A DNA stretch of 64,000 nucleotides from Anolis carolinensis (GCF_035594765.1 NC_085843.1:207429971-207493970); one strand, 5' to 3'; positions 24,475 through 35,836 are shown, counted from the stretch's first letter. Notes: generated from the sequence alone by a model not told the origin. Program-made: numbers and translations.

Positions 24475-26237
24475 CTTTATTTTTGTATGCCACCACCATC
24501 TCCCTAAAGGGACTTGGGGAGGCTTACATGGGGACAAGCTTGGGGTCAGATATAGTTAAAATATAGCACAGTAAAATTTATAAAAGCAACATAAAACAAC
24601 CATTCACAAACAACCAATAGCATGACATAGTAATCAATACCAAACTCAGGCAGACAGGGGCTGGTGCAATACAGTTGCAAGGACGGGGCTGATGGAGCTA
24701 GATGATAAATTAGGGATAGAAAGGCAATGTCAATTAAAACACTATAACTATAGGACAGGGAACAGTGGAAAAGTGCAAGAGCAATACATTGAGTTATGGT
24801 TGAGGGGGCCAAGTTATCTTGCGAACTGTTTAATCAAAGGCATAGTGGAATGACCATGTTTTTAGATCTTTATGAAAAGTGGACAGGGTCTAATCACCCT
24901 GGGGAGAGAGTTCCAGAGCTGGGGGGACCACCACAGAGAATGCCCTCTCCCTCGTCCCCACCAGCCGTATTTGTGATGGAGGCGGGAGCGAAAGGAGGCC
25001 CTCCCCGGAAGATCTTAGAGCTAATGCAGGTTTGTATGGGAAAATGCGATCACATAGAGAGGCAGGTCACGAACCGTTTAGGGCTTTGTAGGTAATAACC
25101 TGCACCTTGAATTGAGACCAGAAACTTATGGGCAACCAGTGAAGCTGTTTAAACAGGGAGTTTGACCGCTCCCTGTATTTTGCTCCAGTTAACAACCTGG
25201 CCACTGACTTTTGCACCACAATTTCAAGGCCGTCTTCAAAGGCATCCCCACGTAGAGCACATTACAGTAATCTAATCTTGAGGTAACTAAGGGGTGGATC
25301 ACCATGGTCAAATCAGACTTCTCAGCCGCAGCTGGCGCACAAGCTTTAATTGTGCAAAGGCCCTCCTGGCCACCACCAACACCAGAGCATCAAGTGTCAG
25401 CACTGAGTCCAGGAGAATCCCCAGACTGCAGACCTGTATCCTCGGGGGAATGTAACCCCATTGAACACAGGTTGCCACCCTTTACCCTGATTGGCCACAT
25501 GACTGACTAGGGGGACCTCTGTCTTGTCAGGATTAAGCTTCAGCTTGTTAGTCCTCATCCAGTCCATCACAGTGGCTAGGAACTGACCCAGGATCCGAGG
25601 GGCTTCCTTGGAATTTGGTGGAAAAGTGTAGTACAGTTGAGTGTCATCTGCGTAGAGATGGCACCAAGCTCCAGCGGTTTCATGTAGATGTTGAAAAGCA
25701 TGGGGTATAGAATAGAGCCTCATGGGACCCCACAGGTCAAAAGCCAGGGGTCCAAGCAGGAGTCCCCCAGCTTCATCAATTGGGTGCTGCCTTCCAGGAA
25801 GGCGTGGAGTCACTGCAGAGCAGTGCCCCGAAGACACATTCCGTAGAACCTCCCCAGAAGGATACCATGATTGGGGTTGTTGTTTGTCTTTCGGGCTGTG
25901 TGGCCATGTTCCAGAAGTATTCTCTACTGACGTTTCGCCAGGAGACAACGTCAGGAGAGAATACTTCTGGAACATGGCCACACAGCCCGAAAGACATACA
26001 ACAACCCTGTGATCCCAGCCATGAAAGCCTTCGACAACATATTGATACCATTGATTGTTGGTATTGAGATGTCCAAGAGAACCAACAAGGACATACTTCC
26101 CCCGTCTAGCTGTCTGCTGAGGTCATCCACCAAGGCGACCAAAGCCATCTCCGTACCATGACCAGGCCTAAAACCAGACTGCGATGGATCCAGATAATCT
26201 GTGTCATCCAAGAATCTTTGGAACTGTGAGGCCACCA
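24475..26237 (-). mobile_element. L2-clade LINE, 5'-truncated and internally deleted, with RT remnant
   Basis: Minus-strand peptides DYLDPSQSGFRPGHGTEMALVALVDDL..LVLLD and CHLYADDTQLY..WMRTNKLKLNPDKTE; L2 tail near 24475-24535. Confidence 0.9.
25873..26040 (+). mobile_element. Penelope pLTR fold-back fragment inserted in the L2
   Basis: 61-nt inverted arms 25874-25934 / 25947-26007, then the tail TGTGATCCCAGCCATGAAAGCCTTCGACAAC; flanked by duplicated GATACCAT(T)GATTG. Confidence 0.82.
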
Positions 26238-27167
26238 GAATAAATTAATTCTGTAGCTGTAGGCCTTTAGCAGATGCTTGCTGGGAAATGTTTTTATCCC
26301 AGATAGTGATCCTGCATCAACAGTCAACAAGAGACTTGTAGCAAGTTGTAGATTCCTCCAGATTAGTCAGATCACAGATAAGACTCTGAAAGATCAATTA
26401 CCTTCCTGCTGAGAGGGAAAAAAATCATTCCAGGGAGAATTGTTCAGATTTTACTCCTGCTATTTCCTTATATTGTGTGTGCCATTTTTTGAATTCCCAT
26501 CTTCTCCTAAGTGTAGTGTTGAACTACAATTCTGAAGGCCATGGAAGCCTACTAGGTGACCTTAGAAGAGTCGCACACTTTAAGTCCCAGAAAACCCCAT
26601 GATAGGTTCATCTTAGGGTCACCGTACATCAGAAACAACATGAAGGCACTATCATCACCACCACTGCAACAAATTATTTTTGCTCTGTTAGGCTGAATCA
26701 ATAATTTTGAATACGATGTTACATTGAAATAGATGTTTGGGGGTTTTTTTGTTGCTTTATTTATTTATATCCCATCTTTCCCCTAAGATAAGGGAGGACC
26801 TTGTTACAAATCTGATTGGGTGTCTTAAATTTTACCAATAGGTAAACAATAATCTGTTGGCAATGAAAAACAGACAGCCTGCTAGAGACTGTGCTAGAAA
26901 ACAGATTATATTATCTCTGAGCTGCCTGGACTGCATTGTACACTTCTAAAACGGAAGAGAAATAATCACCAAGTTAAATGCATTAATAAAAAAGATCCCA
27001 TTCACAGAGTGGATGATCAAGACCACCTTTCCATGCTGAATGTTCCAGGTTGAATCCTTGATATCTGGCAACGATTTCCTCTTAAAGGATCATTAGAACA
27101 ATGTTGGGGAATGTATGGGTAGTTGCCCTAATGAGGACTTTCCGGGATCCTCTACTCACCTAAATAT

Positions 27168-27685
27168 TTATTTATTTATTTTTTTATTTACAACATTTAT
27201 ACCCCGCCCTTCTCACCCGAGGGGACTCAGGGCGGCTTACAAAAATTGGCAAAATTTAATGCCCAAATTGCAATCATAAAAACAAAACAATATAAACAGA
27301 TCTGTTAATAACATTGTTAAAACATATTATAAAAACCTTAAAAACGTATATATAATTAATTCCATTCATCCGAGATTCTCATGCTTCATCCTTAAATCAG
27401 ACCATGTCAACTTTGTCATTTACTCATCAAAAGCTTGGGCACATAACCATATTTTCACGGCCCTTCTGAATTCCAGCAGGGTAGGAGCCTGTCGGATATC
27501 TCCAGGGAGGGCGTTCCACAGTTGGGGAGCCACCACCGAGAAGGCCCTGTCCCTCGTTCCCACCAGCCGCACCTGTGAGGCAGGTGGGACCGAGAGCAGG
27601 GCCTCTCCAGATGATCTTAGTGATCTTACTGGTTCATAGGAGGAGATACGTTCGGACAAGTAGATTGGGCCAGAACCATTTAGGG
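27168..27685 (-). mobile_element. L2-clade LINE 3' end
   Basis: Minus ORF ERISSYEPVRSLRSSGEALLSVP..RAFSVVAPQLWNALP; (TTTA)n tail; CTAAATAT duplicated at 27160-27167 and 27686-27693. Confidence 0.88.
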
Positions 27686-27726
27686 CTAAATATGTATATT
27701 ACATTTTTTTTCCAGCTACATGACTA

Positions 27727-28021
27727 GTTAAAGCACTGAGCTGGAGACCGAAAGGTCCCAGGTTTAAACCCTGGGAGCGGCGTGAGCGGCCGCTGTTAGC
27801 TCCAGCTCCTGCCAACCTAGCAGTTCGAAAACATGTCAATGTGAGTAGATCAATATGTACCGCTCCGGCAGGAAGGCAATGGCTCTCCATGCAGTCATGC
27901 TGGCCACATGACCTTGGAGGTGTCTACGGACAATGCCTGCTCTTTGGCTTAGAAATGGAGATGAGCACCAACCCCCAGAGTCAGACATGACTGGACTTAA
28001 CGTCAGGGGAAACCTTTACCT
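27727..28021 (+). mobile_element. Sauria SINE
   Basis: GTTAAAGCACTGAGCTG..CTGCCAACCTAGCAGTTCGAAAACATG..GGCTTAGAAATGGAGATGAGCACC..GGGGAAACCTTTACC. Confidence 0.92.
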
Positions 28022-28578
28022 TTTTTTCACGACTAGTAACATCTTTGAAAGCTATTTTTTTTCTCACTTCTTAAAAGCCCACCAGGTCACTTCTGGAACA
28101 GGTGAAGTGGGTATAGAAATGCTCTCATATGCTAAAAGAATCTCCAGATTGTACATAATAGAACTTTTCCTACATTCTTTTAAGACTCCTGTCTTTGAAC
28201 TAGTGTCTTCAAAAGTGTCGTATATGTTGGGTCAGAGATGCTCTCCTGTCACAGTGAGGATATGCAGCAAGGTGGTAGGGTTCTGGTTTTTTCTGGTGTT
28301 TCCCTCCCAATGTTTTGGACTATAATTTATCAGTATAAACTTGCTTGACAAGTGGTGAGGGATAATGAGAGGTTTAATCCTAAAATCTGAAAGTAAGTGT
28401 TCAACAAAGGTTGTAAAGTACAATCCTACCTCCTTTATGCCACTCTGTAAACAAAGCAAAGGTTAATTAATTTTTATTGAGAAGGATGTGAGAAAAAAGT
28501 CAAAAATTAAACAGTTATTTTTAGGTCTGTTCGAAGATTTGGTTGTTTATTATAGCATCTTTAAATTTTTGTTTTTAG

Positions 28579-28690
28579 TTCAACAGAAATAGATGACATG
28601 CTTCGAAAATCTACAAATTTGCTGCTGACTAGAACTTTAAGCAGTTGTTTACAAAACCTCATCAAAAAGCCACACATAGGTTTGACAGAG
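28579..28690 (+). CDS. EXOC6: EXOC6 exon 16 (112 nt)
   Basis: tttttag|T TCA ACA ... ACA GAG|gtaagt; STEIDDMLRKSTNLLLTRTLSSCLQNLIKKPHIGLTE. Confidence 0.96.
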
Positions 28691-28757
28691 GTAAGTGTGG
28701 AGATATGGCTTTTAATTTTGTGTTCTGAAGGACAAACTTGTCCAGTTTGGTGTTCAA

Positions 28758-28951
28758 GTTGTTGAAGGCTTTCATGGCCGGGATCACAGGGTTGTTGTAT
28801 GTTTTCCGGACTGTATGGCCATGTTCCAGAAGTATTCTCTCCTGATGTTTCGCCCACATCTCTGAAGATGCCTGCCATAGATGTGGGTGAAACGTCAGGA
28901 GAGAATACTTCTGGAACATGGCCATACAGCCCGGGAAACATACAACAACCC
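28758..28951 (-). mobile_element. Penelope pLTR fold-back fragment with hammerhead-like motif
   Basis: Tail on the minus strand at 28758-28788; 73-nt inverted arms 28789-28861 / 28879-28951. Confidence 0.85.
28859..28900 (+). ncRNA. Minimal type I hammerhead ribozyme motif (Penelope-associated)
   Basis: UCU-CUGAAGA-U-GCCUGC-cauagau-GUGGGU-GAAA-CGUC^AGG: both core boxes present, helix II pairs, palindromic ACGU at helix III. Confidence 0.6.
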
Positions 28952-29073
28952 AATAGCCTTTCCCTTTGGCTCCTGGGAGCTGTTCAGCTCTTATGGAAGC
29001 TTCTCAAGGAGAAGATCAGTTATGATGGACAAGCTTCTCTTCAAAGCAACTTGTCCAACATTTTGTAAGTATT

Positions 29074-29425
29074 ATAGATGTGCACGGTATTTTTTTACTT
29101 TTGTTTCATTTGTGTTTCCATTTTGTACCATTCATTTGGATGGCACAAAACGGACCCCCCCCCCCCCCAGAACAAAAACCAACATGAAACAAAAGGCAGG
29201 CAGAAGCCGATATTGGTTCCAAGCCTGCTTTTGGGCTCGATCGGCTGCAGGCCCTGTGAGGCGCGGGTCCATAGGCCCAAAGCCTGCACTCGTAGGCCCA
29301 AAGCTCCCGGGCCTAAGGATGCAGGCTTTGGGCCTACGTCTCGCAAGGCCTGCAGCCGATTGCCGAGTAAGTAGCACTCCTTATTTGGCAATCGGCTGGG
29401 CAAGAAACGGGACAAGGTAAGTCCT
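29074..29425. mobile_element. GC-rich DNA transposon remnant (family unassigned, possibly hAT)
   Basis: Abrupt CpG-rich block with repeated AGGCCC(A)AAGC / GGGCCTA motifs in AT-rich intron; termini not resolved. Confidence 0.4.
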
Positions 29426-29629
29426 GAATGCACACCACAAGTAAGTATTACCTCATTGCAAATTATAGTCAAGGTTTGGAAAAGTTCCTTCTTTGAACTG
29501 CCGTTCCCCAGGCAGTGTGACTTCTGTGTGCGTTCTTGAATGAACAGTTGTCACTCCACATTTGTGGTTTTGTATTTTGTAGGTTTGATTTTTCACAGAT
29601 TCATTTTATGATGCCTCCAAACCATTGTT

Positions 29630-29950
29630 ACCTTCCCGCCGGAGCGGGTACCTATTAATCTACTCACATTGGCATGTTTTCGAACTGCTAGGTTGGCAGG
29701 AGCTGGAGCTAACAGTGGCCGCTCACGCCGCTCCCGGGGTTTGAACCTGGGACCTTTCAGTCTCCAGCTCAGTACTTTAACGCACTTCGCCACCGGGGCT
29801 AACGGCGCTCCATGCAGTCATGCCGGCCACATGACCTTGGAGATGTCTATGGACAACGCCGGCTCTTCGGCTTAGAAATGGAGATGAGCACCAACCCCCA
29901 GAGTCAGAAATGACTGGACTTAACGTCAGGGGAAACCTTTACCTTTTACT
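29630..29950 (+). mobile_element. Sauria SINE with inverted 5' half
   Basis: 29630-29800 is the SINE 5' half on the minus strand, 29801-29950 the 3' half on the plus strand; TSD AAACCATTGTT at 29619-29629 and 29951-29961. Confidence 0.9.
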
Positions 29951-30626
29951 AAACCATTGTTGCCTGAGCAACTGCCTTCTCTGTCTAATAAAGGGACTGC
30001 CATTACAAGGTTTTTTTCCCATATGGACTGAGCAAAACAATATATCGTGCCATGTCCTGTATGACATGTAGATTAGTAGAGAACTTTAGTAGAGAAGCCA
30101 ATGTGGGCAAAGTTACTTAGTGTGATTATTTGTCACCGTCTGCAGTTTATTTGTATGTTGATATGGCAGAGGAGCATATTATGAATAACTGCGTCTGAAA
30201 TAGATTTTGGAGTTTTTTTTAAATAAAAAGTATCAGATCTAACAAATTTTACAGAAATCCAAAAGAATGTACTAAGGATATGCATTTTTCGAAGCCTTGT
30301 ACCGAAGTGATTGAAGACATTTTGATAGTTTTGATTTGTATATAATTTTCTATTCCTAGCCAACAATGTGCAGGTACCTATAACTCATTTTTATTTCTTT
30401 TATTTCTTTTTTTGGATTTGGTTTTAGACACTAATGTCACAATTGTCTAGTCCAGTGATTGTCAAATTTTGGTTTTCTCTGTATTCTGAATTTCAGCTCC
30501 CAAAAAACCAAAGACTCCTTGGGATTCTGGAGGCTGAACTCCAAAATACATGGAAAACGAGACTGAATACTAGTGATCTATTATCTTACGGTCAAATCAA
30601 ATTAAATTATATGATGCAAATGTGGT

Positions 30627-30714
30627 GGGGTGTTGTGTCCTTGGAGAAAATGCTGCTCGAAAACAGCCATACAACACTCCAGTAATTCTGGCTGGGAAAG
30701 CCTTCGACAATACA
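30627..30714 (+). mobile_element. Short Penelope pLTR/tail fragment
   Basis: GGAGAAAATGCT..CAGCCATACA..CCAGTAATTCTGGC..GAAAGCCTTCGACAATACA, ending ~45 nt upstream of exon 17. Confidence 0.6.
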
Positions 30715-30759
30715 ATGTACATGTGTTTTACAAGATTTGCTTTCTTTTTTGTATTAAAG

Positions 30760-30894
30760 CTGGTGCAAATAATCATAAACACAACACATTTGGAACAGGC
30801 ATGTAAATACCTTGAAGACTTCATAACTAATATTACAAATATTTCCCAAGAGACTCTTCATACTGCAAGACTATATGGTCTTTCAACATTTAAG
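30760..30894 (+). CDS. EXOC6: EXOC6 exon 17 (135 nt)
   Basis: tattaaag|CTG GTG ... TTT AAG|gtatgc; LVQIIINTTHLEQACKYLEDFITNITNISQETLHTARLYGLSTFK. Confidence 0.96.
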
Positions 30895-31096
30895 GTATGC
30901 AAGTTGTTGATTTTTGTACTATAAATTTAATTAAAGATTTATTCTTCTTCTCTAGTTGTATCTTGCTTATTCTTATGCTTGGGGGTGTATGTTATGACTA
31001 TATTAAAATTATACTATTTAACAAAATTTGGGGGGGGGGGGGGGAATCAGTTCCTGATTTGAAATTGTTATTTCCTGTTTAATTATGTGGTACTTA

Positions 31097-31343
31097 TGGT
31101 GGCACAGTGGGTTGAACCCTTGTACTGGCTGAACTGCTGACCTGAAGGTTGGGTTACTGACCTGAATATTGGTGGTTCGAATCTGTGAGACAGGGTGAGC
31201 TCCTGTCTGTCAGCTCTAGCTTTTGAGGACATGAGAGAGGCCTCCCAGCAAGATGGTATCACATCCGGGCATCCCCTGGGCAATGTCTCTGAGAACATAC
31301 TGCAAGTTACTTCTGGTGTTAGAGAATTGGCCGTCTACAGAGA
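31097..31343 (+). mobile_element. AnolisSINE2-type SINE with inverted 3' segment
   Basis: Head TGGTGGCACAGTGGGTTGAACCCTTG, B box GGTTCGAATC; ~31291-31343 matches the family 3' end in reverse orientation. Confidence 0.8.
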
Positions 31344-32139
31344 TGGGCGTCCATTATTATTACGGGATACATGTAATCACTTCCAGAACATTGCCATAAT
31401 TTAAAACAGTATAATCCCATTAAAATTAATCCATGGTGAGTGCAGTGCCATGTATGTACTGATGAGATCATGTTTTAAAAGTGTCAAAACTAGAATATGT
31501 TTGTGAGTAGTATATTCAGAGACGCACCTACATATTTCTGAAACTTAATCATACATGTTGATGATAATCTAAGAGGTGGGGTATTTAAATGGCAAATGCT
31601 TTAATCAGATCCAACATGAATTGTTTTGAGAAATTTCCAAATGAAACACATTTAAGGAATGTTAGGGCTTTTTTAAGTTCTTAATTATGATGTTGGACTC
31701 ATGGATGAGCAATGAGCTGTATATGGCCCCGAGGGGATTGTTTTGCACCCTGTAGGTGATTTATACTCCTGTTCCTCTCTCTGTACCTCTCTTATACTTT
31801 TGCTTTGGTTTATGGCATAAAATGATTTTTTTGCTACTGTAGACAGATACTTGAGTTACCTCTCAGAAATGCCATTCAGAAAAATAACACAGAGAACGAA
31901 GGTTCTGAATATCTTCTATCACTCTTGCCCATTGTCATCTCTCAGTACTAATTTTCTTGAGAAATCACAGAAAACAGTTTGAGAAACCATGGAATATAAA
32001 TAGAAGTCATTGCAATTCTGTAATTTCTCTTTCAAGCATCCAGTTGGGGAAGAAACAACAACACATGATGAGCTAGCAGGGGAAAGAAAGACTTCCATTT
32101 AGGAAGGGACATTTGGGATCATGATGAAAAGAAGATGTG

Positions 32140-32155
32140 CATGATGATGATGATG

Positions 32156-32188
<33 letters not shown>

Positions 32189-32447
32189 CACTTTATTTAT
32201 ATTCCGCCCTTCTCCCCTAAGGGACTCAGTGCGGATTATAGTATATATAAAGTAGACAAAGGCAAACATTCAATGCCTTATTTACAATCACATACAATGA
32301 AACACACAACATAGACAAAGGCAAAGATTTCTCCTTTCATTTCTGGCTTTAGGGGCAGTGCTCATCTCTGGCTCTGGGGAAGTGCTCTTCTCCATTTTCA
32401 AGTCGAGGAGCCTGCGTTGTTACCTCCTGGTCATGTGGCCAGCTTGA
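32140..32447 (-). mobile_element. 5'-truncated Sauria SINE + L2-type tail chimera (second copy)
   Basis: Same junction (AGACAAAGGCAAAG) and same tail (GGCAAACATTCA..ACAATGAAACAC) as 17363-17838; (GAT)n/(AAT)n end. Confidence 0.72.
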
Positions 32448-32980
32448 TCATAGCTAAAATGGATAAATCTCATTGAGGGGAATATTGGAGGTGCAAGATG
32501 CATAAAGGCACCTTTATTCATGTTTGGTGGACTTATAGAATGGTCCAAGATTTTTGGGAAAATGTGATTAAAGAAACAAACAAAATGATTACTAATAAGG
32601 TTAAGAAAACTCAGAAATGCATCTTTTAGGACTATTTAGGGAGAGAATTAGTAAAGAGGATGAAGACATTTGTCAATATAGCTTGTTGCAGCCAGGTTGA
32701 CAATAGTGAAATCTTGAAAAGGTGAAAAAAAAACTATCTAAAAAGGATTGGAGAGAAAAGTTATTAGACCATATTCAAATGGCCAAGCTATCTAATGGTA
32801 TTCGGGTAGGAAATAATGAAGTTTGCCAAAAAAAAAAAAAATGAAGACTGGCATTTGAATAGTTGGAAAGAAAGACAATGTAGACTTTGAAATTGCCGCA
32901 AGTGGATTCTACTAAAGTAGTTATACAGGTAGGTTTTATTAGGTGTAAGATTAACAGGGAGTAGTGATGGAAGTCATATG
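32448..32980 (+). mobile_element. Degenerate L1/Tx1-clade ORF2 C-terminus
   Basis: Remnant YWRCKMHKGTFIHVWWTYRMVQDFWENV, the zinc-knuckle region of vertebrate L1-like ORF2, with frameshifts. Confidence 0.65.
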
Positions 32981-33150
32981 TTGATCTGGCTTTGCCCCAT
33001 GTGAACCACCCCGAGTCCCCGTGGGGAGATGGTGGCGGGGTATAAATAAAGTTTTATTAGTATTTTATTATTATTATATGTGGTGGATTCATGGGTGAGA
33101 GGAAGGAGGGAAAATGTTGTAATGTATCGGTTTTGCTAGGTATTGTATTA

Positions 33151-33449
33151 CAGTAGAGTTTCACTTATCCAAGCTAAATGGGCCGGCAGAAGCGAGTATC
33201 TTGGACAATAAGGAGGGATTAAGGAAAAAGCCTATTAAACATCAAATTAGGTTATGATTTTACAAATTAAGCACCAAAACATCATGTTATACAACGAATT
33301 TGACAGAAAAAGTAGTTCAGTACGCAGTAATGTTATGTCGTAATTACTGTATTTACGAATTTAGCACCAAAATATCATGATATATTGAAAACATTGACTA
33401 CAAAAATGGCTTGGATAATCCAGAAGCTTGGATAAGTGAGACTCTACTG
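33151..33449. mobile_element. Tigger-type MITE (CAGTAGAGTCTCACTTATCCAA family)
   Basis: TA TSD and TIRs; orientation opposite to the 7370 copy. Confidence 0.88.
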
Positions 33450-33909
33450 TATTTGTTTTTGCTTGCCACTTGTATACAATAAAACTAAAAAATTGTACAC
33501 ACACAAAATTAGTTTAATAATTGTACAGCCAGAACTTGGATTAAAATGCAGTTTCTGGTTCTTTGTCATCTCCTAACATCAGCTACATTTGCAACTCCTT
33601 TTTTCTCATCAAGCATTGCTTGATAGATGGATATGTGTGTCTCCAAACATTTATATTTTCCTTTTTTGTGTCAAGAACACATTTGTGAGGTGCCAGAGAA
33701 AACATTACACTGAGATAAAATTCTTCACATTTTACACCTATGGAAAACAGTATGACTCACTCTTAAAATAAATTGTCTGGAACATCCGATGTACATCTTA
33801 GAGAATATGAGACAGGTTTTTAGAGCTGTAGGCTGTGCAGTTCTGTGCATGCTTACTCAGAAATAAGATTTATTTAGCAGAGTTCTTCACAAATAAGTTT
33901 GCATAGGCT

Positions 33910-34097
33910 TGTGCATCTACAGTGCAGAATCAATGCAGTTTGATACAACTCTGACTGCCACGGCTCAGTGCTATGAAAGGACTTTAGCATGTTCTGCCAA
34001 ATAATGGTGATGCTTCTCAAACTACAACTCCCGTAACATTGAGCTATGACAGCTAAAGTGGTGTCAGACTGTAGTAATTGTACAGTGTAGAAGCACC
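33910..34097. mobile_element. Palindromic PIF/Harbinger-like MITE
   Basis: GTGCATCTACAGTGCAGAATCAATGCAGTTTGATAC ... GTGTCAGACTGTAGTAATTGTACAGTGTAGAAGCACC inverted ends. Confidence 0.6.
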
Positions 34098-35691
34098 TTA
34101 AGTATCAGCAAAACACTTAACTGTCACAAAAGAAAGTGTGTGTGTGTATTTCTATATATGGTATATACTAGCATATGTACCTAGGGTTGCATTTTGTGAT
34201 GGAATGTATTAGTAAAAGTAATTGTTACGTTTTATATTATAGAGACAGTATTAGTCTCCTGGGAAGACCACATATCCCATCAAATTGTTTGCCTATAAAT
34301 ATCTTCTTGGGAACACAAAGGACATTTTAATCATGTCTAGGGGCATTTTAGAACTGAAAATTATTTTCTGTCCCATTTTCACAAAGACTTCTTCAGGATT
34401 AAAACTACTAAAGAGTGTCAAAAACATGACAGGATTCCCCAAACATTTCGAAGGTATTTTGGGGAAATGAATGGGATCCCTGGGAGTCCTGAAGGAATGC
34501 TTTACAGTCTGTGGGCCACACTTTGTCAGTGCCTCTATATCTTGTCTGTCACATGCTTTTTTCAGTTTTAAAGGCAGCTTACCATTTAGTGTGGCAATGT
34601 ATTTTGAAGGGAAAATTGGGAGAAGTATTTTTCTGTTTCTTTGGATCCTAACTGTAGTATTTCTAAGAGGCCAGTAGATCTTTACTATTTTAAAGTAATT
34701 TTTGGTTGAATGACAATTTAAAATGTGACCCATGTTCCTCATTTTTTAAATTATTTCTGCTGTTTTGCAATGATTGTAATGGAAGTAAAAAAAACTTGGG
34801 AAAGAAGTGCTAGTCACTTTAATAATTCTTACATCTTGAATTTGAAGTAATTACTTGATTGTGTATACACCCAAACAAGGCAAGATTTCACATGCTAACA
34901 AACTATGGTAAATAGGATTATTCTTACTGCAAGGAGTTCTGTCTTCCATACCTTTATTTTGTAACTAAATCTAAAGGTTAAACTGATCCAACTCCAGCAA
35001 TAATCTCTATCATCAAGTTTAAAGGAGGACACAGAAAGGATAAAGAGATACTCAAAGGATTTGACACTGTACTCCTGTATTTTTCTCCTGGGAACACTTA
35101 ATGTTACTGTATGTTTTTAAAAATACTGTACTATTTTTTTAAGGCTAAGACCGTGCTTCTCCGAAAATAAGACAGTGTTTTACATTATTTTTTGCTCCCA
35201 AAGATTCACTAGGGCTGAATCATAAGCTATTTCATAGAGTTCACTCTAGATGAGTCCAGCTATTGGATTTAGGCATGGTGTGTACAGTTTACATGTGTAA
35301 ATAATGTTGTGTGGGCAAAATTATTCATACTCCAGTGGGTTTCATGCCAGGGTTTGGATAGGACTGAGAACAGCTTCCCAATTTTTGTACGAGTAAATTT
35401 TTGTTACAAGTAAATTTACTTCAGAGTTAAGTTGAGGCATTTTTAAGATGGACCAACTTCCAAATTTAGCATCTTAGTTTTTGTTTTCTTTGTTATTTTA
35501 AAAATTAATTAGGAAGAAGCCATAAAGCATGAAAGACGTCCTCTTTGGACTACTACATGCCTATGGAAATATTTCATGTTTTTGATAAATAATTCTTTGA
35601 CAGAAAATTGTAGCAATCTAACCAACTTTCTTCCACTTCTAAATGGAAAGGTTACTCATGCAAACGTCAATGGGGAATATATCCACAGACT

Positions 35692-35830
35692 GAGGCTGAA
35701 TCTACACTGCTTTGTATCCTAGGATCAGATTCCAGGTTATTTGCTTTGAACTGGATTATATGAGTTTACATTGCCAGATAATCTGGGATAATCAAATAAT
35801 CTGGGATCAAATCCTGGGATAAAGGGGAGA
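35692..35830. mobile_element. PIF/Harbinger-type MITE, right end disrupted
   Basis: CTACACTGC..TGCTTTGAACTGGATTATATGAG..GATAATCTGGGAT, shared with the 42588 copy. Confidence 0.6.
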
Positions 35831-35836
35831 TCCATC

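Noticed and set aside
25397-26330. Cluster of ORFs suggesting an RT-containing system
   Set aside because: These are fragments of one decayed L2 RT split by a Penelope hairpin; the matching peptides on both strands come from the inverted repeat.
28881-29472. Overlapping 179/125/98-aa ORFs
   Set aside because: They span a Penelope fragment and a GC-rich transposon remnant; stop-poor by composition, with no recognisable protein.
31097-31185. tRNA-like A/B boxes
   Set aside because: They are SINE heads, not tRNA genes; no cloverleaf.
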